From positions 3,947 to 24,409 of the forward strand of contig JBHLOI010000047.1 in NCBI GenBank assembly GCA_048940645.1: a stretch of DNA of 20,463 nucleotides, written 5' to 3'. Shown piece after piece: positions 17,257-20,463 of the stretch; the first letter of the stretch is position 1, and every line of letters begins with the position of its first letter. Below the pieces are notes generated by a model. That model did no database searches, was not told the origin of the DNA, and saw only the letters and a program-made list of their open reading frames with translations. This DNA is from Promethearchaeota archaeon (lineage in GTDB: Archaea; Asgardarchaeota; Lokiarchaeia; Sigyniarchaeales; SOKP01). A program made the position numbers and the translations under genes.

Positions 17257-17538
17257 CTATATTTCAATCTCTAATAAACGCCTGGCTAACTTTTTTATGA
17301 TAGGGACATGACCTTCAGAAAAGATAACATCATTTATCATAATTATTGGTGGCGTTAATTCACCGTATTTTTGTAAATTCTCTTGAGAGTTTAAATCACT
17401 ATAGAAAACCTCGACTTTATCTTTAAGCCCAGGGATAGTTTCCATCATTTTATCAATGACATTCATCGTCTTACAACATTTAGCACAAAAATTTTCTTCC
17501 TCAATAATCAGAACTTCAACCTTAGTTTTATTTGCCAT
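17257..17538 (-). CDS. Small thioredoxin-fold protein (MTH895-like redox-active disulfide protein)
   Basis: FCAKCC after the first beta strand, YG..TPPIIMIND (cis-Pro loop), SEGHVP. Confidence 0.75.
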   Translation of the reverse strand: MANKTKVEVLIIEEENFCAKCCKTMNVIDKMMETIPGLKDKVEVFYSDLNSQENLQKYGELTPPIIMINDVIFSEGHVPIIKKLARRLLEIEI

Positions 17539-17925
17539 TTGACAGTTGCTTAAACAAAATTATATTATGAGTAATATAACTTTTTTCAGATTTTTAATTT
17601 TTTCATTATATAAACCAAGCTTATTATTTCTCTACCCTATTAAAAATAGGGACAGTAAGATCAATCTTAAGAGTCTTACTGATACCATTTTCTTTGCTAT
17701 GCTTTGCATCAATAATTTTAGAGTAGAGGTCATAAAACTGTTTATTCGCAATTTTTAGCTTTCTTCGCTTTGAATTATTATACTTAGCGTCTTAAAGGAA
17801 CTATAATCAAAAAGATATACTTATTTTTATATCTGATAAAAATGTAAAAAATAAATAGTAGATTATAATCCTATTTATCACCTCTGAAATCTAATAAAAT
17901 TAAATGATTAAAAAAGGTGAACAAT

Positions 17926-18252
17926 TTGGTATTAATAGTAACTCAACATTGGTGGCCTCATGGGCAATCAGAAAAGGTTGGAAAAGTATATCTTGATGTA
18001 ATGAAGAAATTTCCCGATGATAAATCTATTTCCAAACCTATTTTACGTTCGGCAATATGGGCAGCTAAAGATGGCATGTTTAGTATGACCATTAGCGCTA
18101 TTCAACCAGGAAAAGTTAAAGAATCTATGGACCTTGCAATGAAACGATTATTAATGATGGCAGAAACTATAGATGGATTTAAGTATGAGGTTCATATTGC
18201 CTATGATCTCGTGGAAGGAATGCCACTCGTGGGATTAACAGCCCCAGAATAA
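17926..18252 (+). CDS. Hypothetical protein
   Basis: MVLIVTQHWWPHGQSEKVGKVYLDVMKKFP... Start moved to TTG 17926 because AGGTGA (17915-17920) is a well-spaced SD. A T9 run at 18297-18305 follows the stop. Confidence 0.8.
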   Translation: MVLIVTQHWWPHGQSEKVGKVYLDVMKKFPDDKSISKPILRSAIWAAKDGMFSMTISAIQPGKVKESMDLAMKRLLMMAETIDGFKYEVHIAYDLVEGMPLVGLTAPE

Positions 18253-18440
18253 AACCAACCTAACAAAAACGAATAATATAATTATATAATAAATTATTTT
18301 TTTTTAATTTATCATACAAATACCAAACTTTTATTATTTTCTTCCATCAATCACTATGAATTACTAAACTTAATCCTAGTTTGTAATATTTTGAAAAATA
18401 AGTTAAAAAAAATAATAAAACTCTTCTTAATAGTATAATT

Positions 18441-19919
18441 TTAAGATTTATTTAATTCGTCATTAATTCCAGCAATCTTTTTTACCATACTTTTTCTGGA
18501 TTCTATGTCATATTGAGTCGTGATTGCAATATTTTCCATAATGGGGGAACCACCACCATGATAACTTCCAAAAAGATGGACTCCTCCCGTTGCAGAACAA
18601 AACACATCACCAACATACCGCCAGAATTGTGCGGCATTTTCAGGAGAAACATTAGGATTTCTAGTAATATACTTATAAAGGTGATCCTTAAGTTCGGGGT
18701 TAATAAAATCTTTTTCATGAGGGAAAGTTGCCGGAATACCGCCTGAAAGATCAGTTATTATCTCAGCTTCACGAAACACATTTTCTCCTGATAAACATCT
18801 TCCAACATTACAATAAATCGAATTTGGGATATAACTTCCTGGTCCATAAGGAATAAAACCTACGCCAGGCATATATACTTCTGGTTTACCTAAATCTGAA
18901 GCTGTGTATCCTGCTGCATACCCAAGTTCTGCAACCATAATTAATTCAGCTAACTTTCTCCTTACATGAGGCGCTTTATGAATATTATTATATTCTGCTG
19001 CTAAAGCAGCAGTGCCAACTACTAAATCTCCAATAGCAGGCTTGCATCCTGAATAACTGTGACGATGAAATAGAGCAAATAGTAAAGCAAGAGTACCAGC
19101 ATGTTGATATTCACCACATAAAAAGACCCTTTCCCATGGAACAAATACATCATCGAAAATTATATATGAATCGGTAGCTCCGGGCATGAAACCGCGTTTA
19201 AAGTAATCTCTTCTGCGAAAATTATGGATAGTTATCACTTGTTTAACCCCTTCGTAATCTGCGGGCAATGCAAATGCAACCGCATAGTCTTTATCTTCTG
19301 GTCTTAATGCTCTTGTCGGGACAACTAAAATTTCATCAGATACAGACGCTTCTGAAATGTGAACTTTACAACCACGAACTATAATTCCATCATCATTTTT
19401 CTCTACAACATGAACATACATGTCTGGGTCTTCCTGATCTGCTGGTCTTTTTATTCGATTTCCTTTTACATCAGTTTGAGCACAAGCAGCAATCAAATCT
19501 TCCTTTTGAAACCGTTCCAACCATTTTTTGAAGTTTTCATGATAATTAGTTTTCCAATCATTTGACTTATCCGCTTCATAGCTTACATTGTATACTGCAT
19601 TTGTTGCATCACATCCCATACAGCGCTGAATACATCCTCCAACTCTCTGACAGAGTTTTCGCGTCATATCTTGCTTTTTATGAAGATCATCTGTATTTTG
19701 ATGAATATGTGTAAAACGATTAATTGTTTCACCTGTAAGATGAGATTTTGCAAGCATTAAATTAGCGTATTCTGGGTCTTCAACCAATTCAAATGTGATT
19801 CCAATGGTATTAATACAAGGTATTTGCCGTTCATCGAGTCGATCAATTCTCTCACCGTCATGAAAAATATTTTTTTTCATTTTGCTTAAATCTTGTATAA
19901 ATTGTTCTTTTGTTCTCAT
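18441..19919 (-). CDS. abfD: 4-hydroxybutyryl-CoA dehydratase / vinylacetyl-CoA isomerase (AbfD; HpaB superfamily)
   Basis: GGCIQRCMG (CxxxC) and HRHSYSGC (H-x6-C) [4Fe-4S] ligands, AQTDVKGNR, DPDMYVHVVE, HGGGSP. Confidence 0.85.
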   Translation of the reverse strand: MRTKEQFIQDLSKMKKNIFHDGERIDRLDERQIPCINTIGITFELVEDPEYANLMLAKSHLTGETINRFTHIHQNTDDLHKKQDMTRKLCQRVGGCIQRCMGCDATNAVYNVSYEADKSNDWKTNYHENFKKWLERFQKEDLIAACAQTDVKGNRIKRPADQEDPDMYVHVVEKNDDGIIVRGCKVHISEASVSDEILVVPTRALRPEDKDYAVAFALPADYEGVKQVITIHNFRRRDYFKRGFMPGATDSYIIFDDVFVPWERVFLCGEYQHAGTLALLFALFHRHSYSGCKPAIGDLVVGTAALAAEYNNIHKAPHVRRKLAELIMVAELGYAAGYTASDLGKPEVYMPGVGFIPYGPGSYIPNSIYCNVGRCLSGENVFREAEIITDLSGGIPATFPHEKDFINPELKDHLYKYITRNPNVSPENAAQFWRYVGDVFCSATGGVHLFGSYHGGGSPIMENIAITTQYDIESRKSMVKKIAGINDELNKS

Positions 19920-20173
19920 TTTGAATACCTTTAGTTAAAAATTTGAATTTCCATTTTTTTTGAAATTACTCTCTTAAAATTTAATAAAAGAAAATAATAA
20001 ACTGAAAATGTTCAATATCTCCTTATGATTTCAAATTATTTAAAATTTAAATTTTTTTAAAAAAATAAATCTTCCTACGTATCTAAATTAGAAATGATTT
20101 AATTAGAAAAAGAATAAAATTAATTTATAAAATTTAATTTTTATTAATTTTTCTTAACTTTGGAGGAAATATT

Positions 20174-20463
20174 ATGAGAAATTTCAATTATTACCAACCA
20201 ACTCGCATTAGATTTGGATGGAGCCGCGTAAATGAAATAGGCAATGTCCTTTCGAGAATTGGAAAGAGATGTTTAATGGTTTCGGTAAAATCTTTTCCTG
20301 CTATGCAAAATTTATTTGAAAAAGTAAAAAAGTTATGTACAGATGCGGGAATTGAGGTGATACATTATGATGAAGTCAATCCCAATCCCACAAATAAGTG
20401 TGTAAACGTTGGCTCCGAAATAGCCGCCAATAATCAAGTTGATGTGATACTAGGAATAGGGGG
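20174..20463 (+). CDS. Iron-containing alcohol dehydrogenase (5' part; runs off window)
   Basis: Hand translation: MRNFNYYQPTRIRFGWSRVNEIG...YDEVNPNPT...VDVILGIGG. GGAGG SD at 20162-20166. Absent from the ORF track (no stop in window). Confidence 0.92.
   Translation, partial: MRNFNYYQPTRIRFGWSRVNEIGNVLSRIGKRCLMVSVKSFPAMQNLFEKVKKLCTDAGIEVIHYDEVNPNPTNKCVNVGSEIAANNQVDVILGIG

Noticed and set aside
17546-17758. Track ORF 70 aa (+)
   Set aside because: TTG start, low-information F/L/I/K composition, and it overlaps the promoter region of the thioredoxin-like gene. The opposite frame looks more protein-like.
18360-18387. Weak inverted repeat between convergent genes
   Set aside because: AT-rich and imperfect. 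Nearby oligo-T runs explain termination adequately.
2756-19565. Track ORFs 2756..2965, 4239..4505, 9291..9611, 11460..11645, 16159..16362, 16349..16561, 18503..18718, 18513..18746, 19359..19565
   Set aside because: All lie within or largely overlap well-supported genes (antisense or alternate frame) and show no recognisable motifs.

Overview
Very AT-rich archaeal-type window. SD motifs (GAGGTGA, GGAGG), oligo-T terminators, a RING-finger protein and the gene families present suggest an Asgard archaeon (Lokiarchaeia-like); this is inferred from content, not from a search. Most of it is a patchwork of anaerobic redox and acyl-CoA genes: a 2-hydroxyacyl-CoA dehydratase-family beta/alpha pair, flavodoxin, EFR1-type ferredoxin, acyl-CoA dehydrogenase, a multi-Fe-S protein, 4-hydroxybutyryl-CoA dehydratase, and an Fe-dependent alcohol dehydrogenase cut by the right edge. 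The most unusual items are: (i) a single ORF fusing a class I SAM methyltransferase to a CorA-like two-TM module lacking GMN, next to a 5'-truncated ogt; (ii) a minus-strand gene missed by the ORF track with a tandem array of EP[IVT]Y (EPIYA-like) motifs; (iii) a cluster of an Sm/Hfq-like protein, a Zn-ribbon+RING protein, an unannotated 58-aa Zn finger and a hairpin-rich intergenic segment; (iv) a 7TM sensor with a His-DHp helix but no kinase domain. No rRNA, tRNA, CRISPR array or transposase was recognised. All family calls are from motif recognition by eye.
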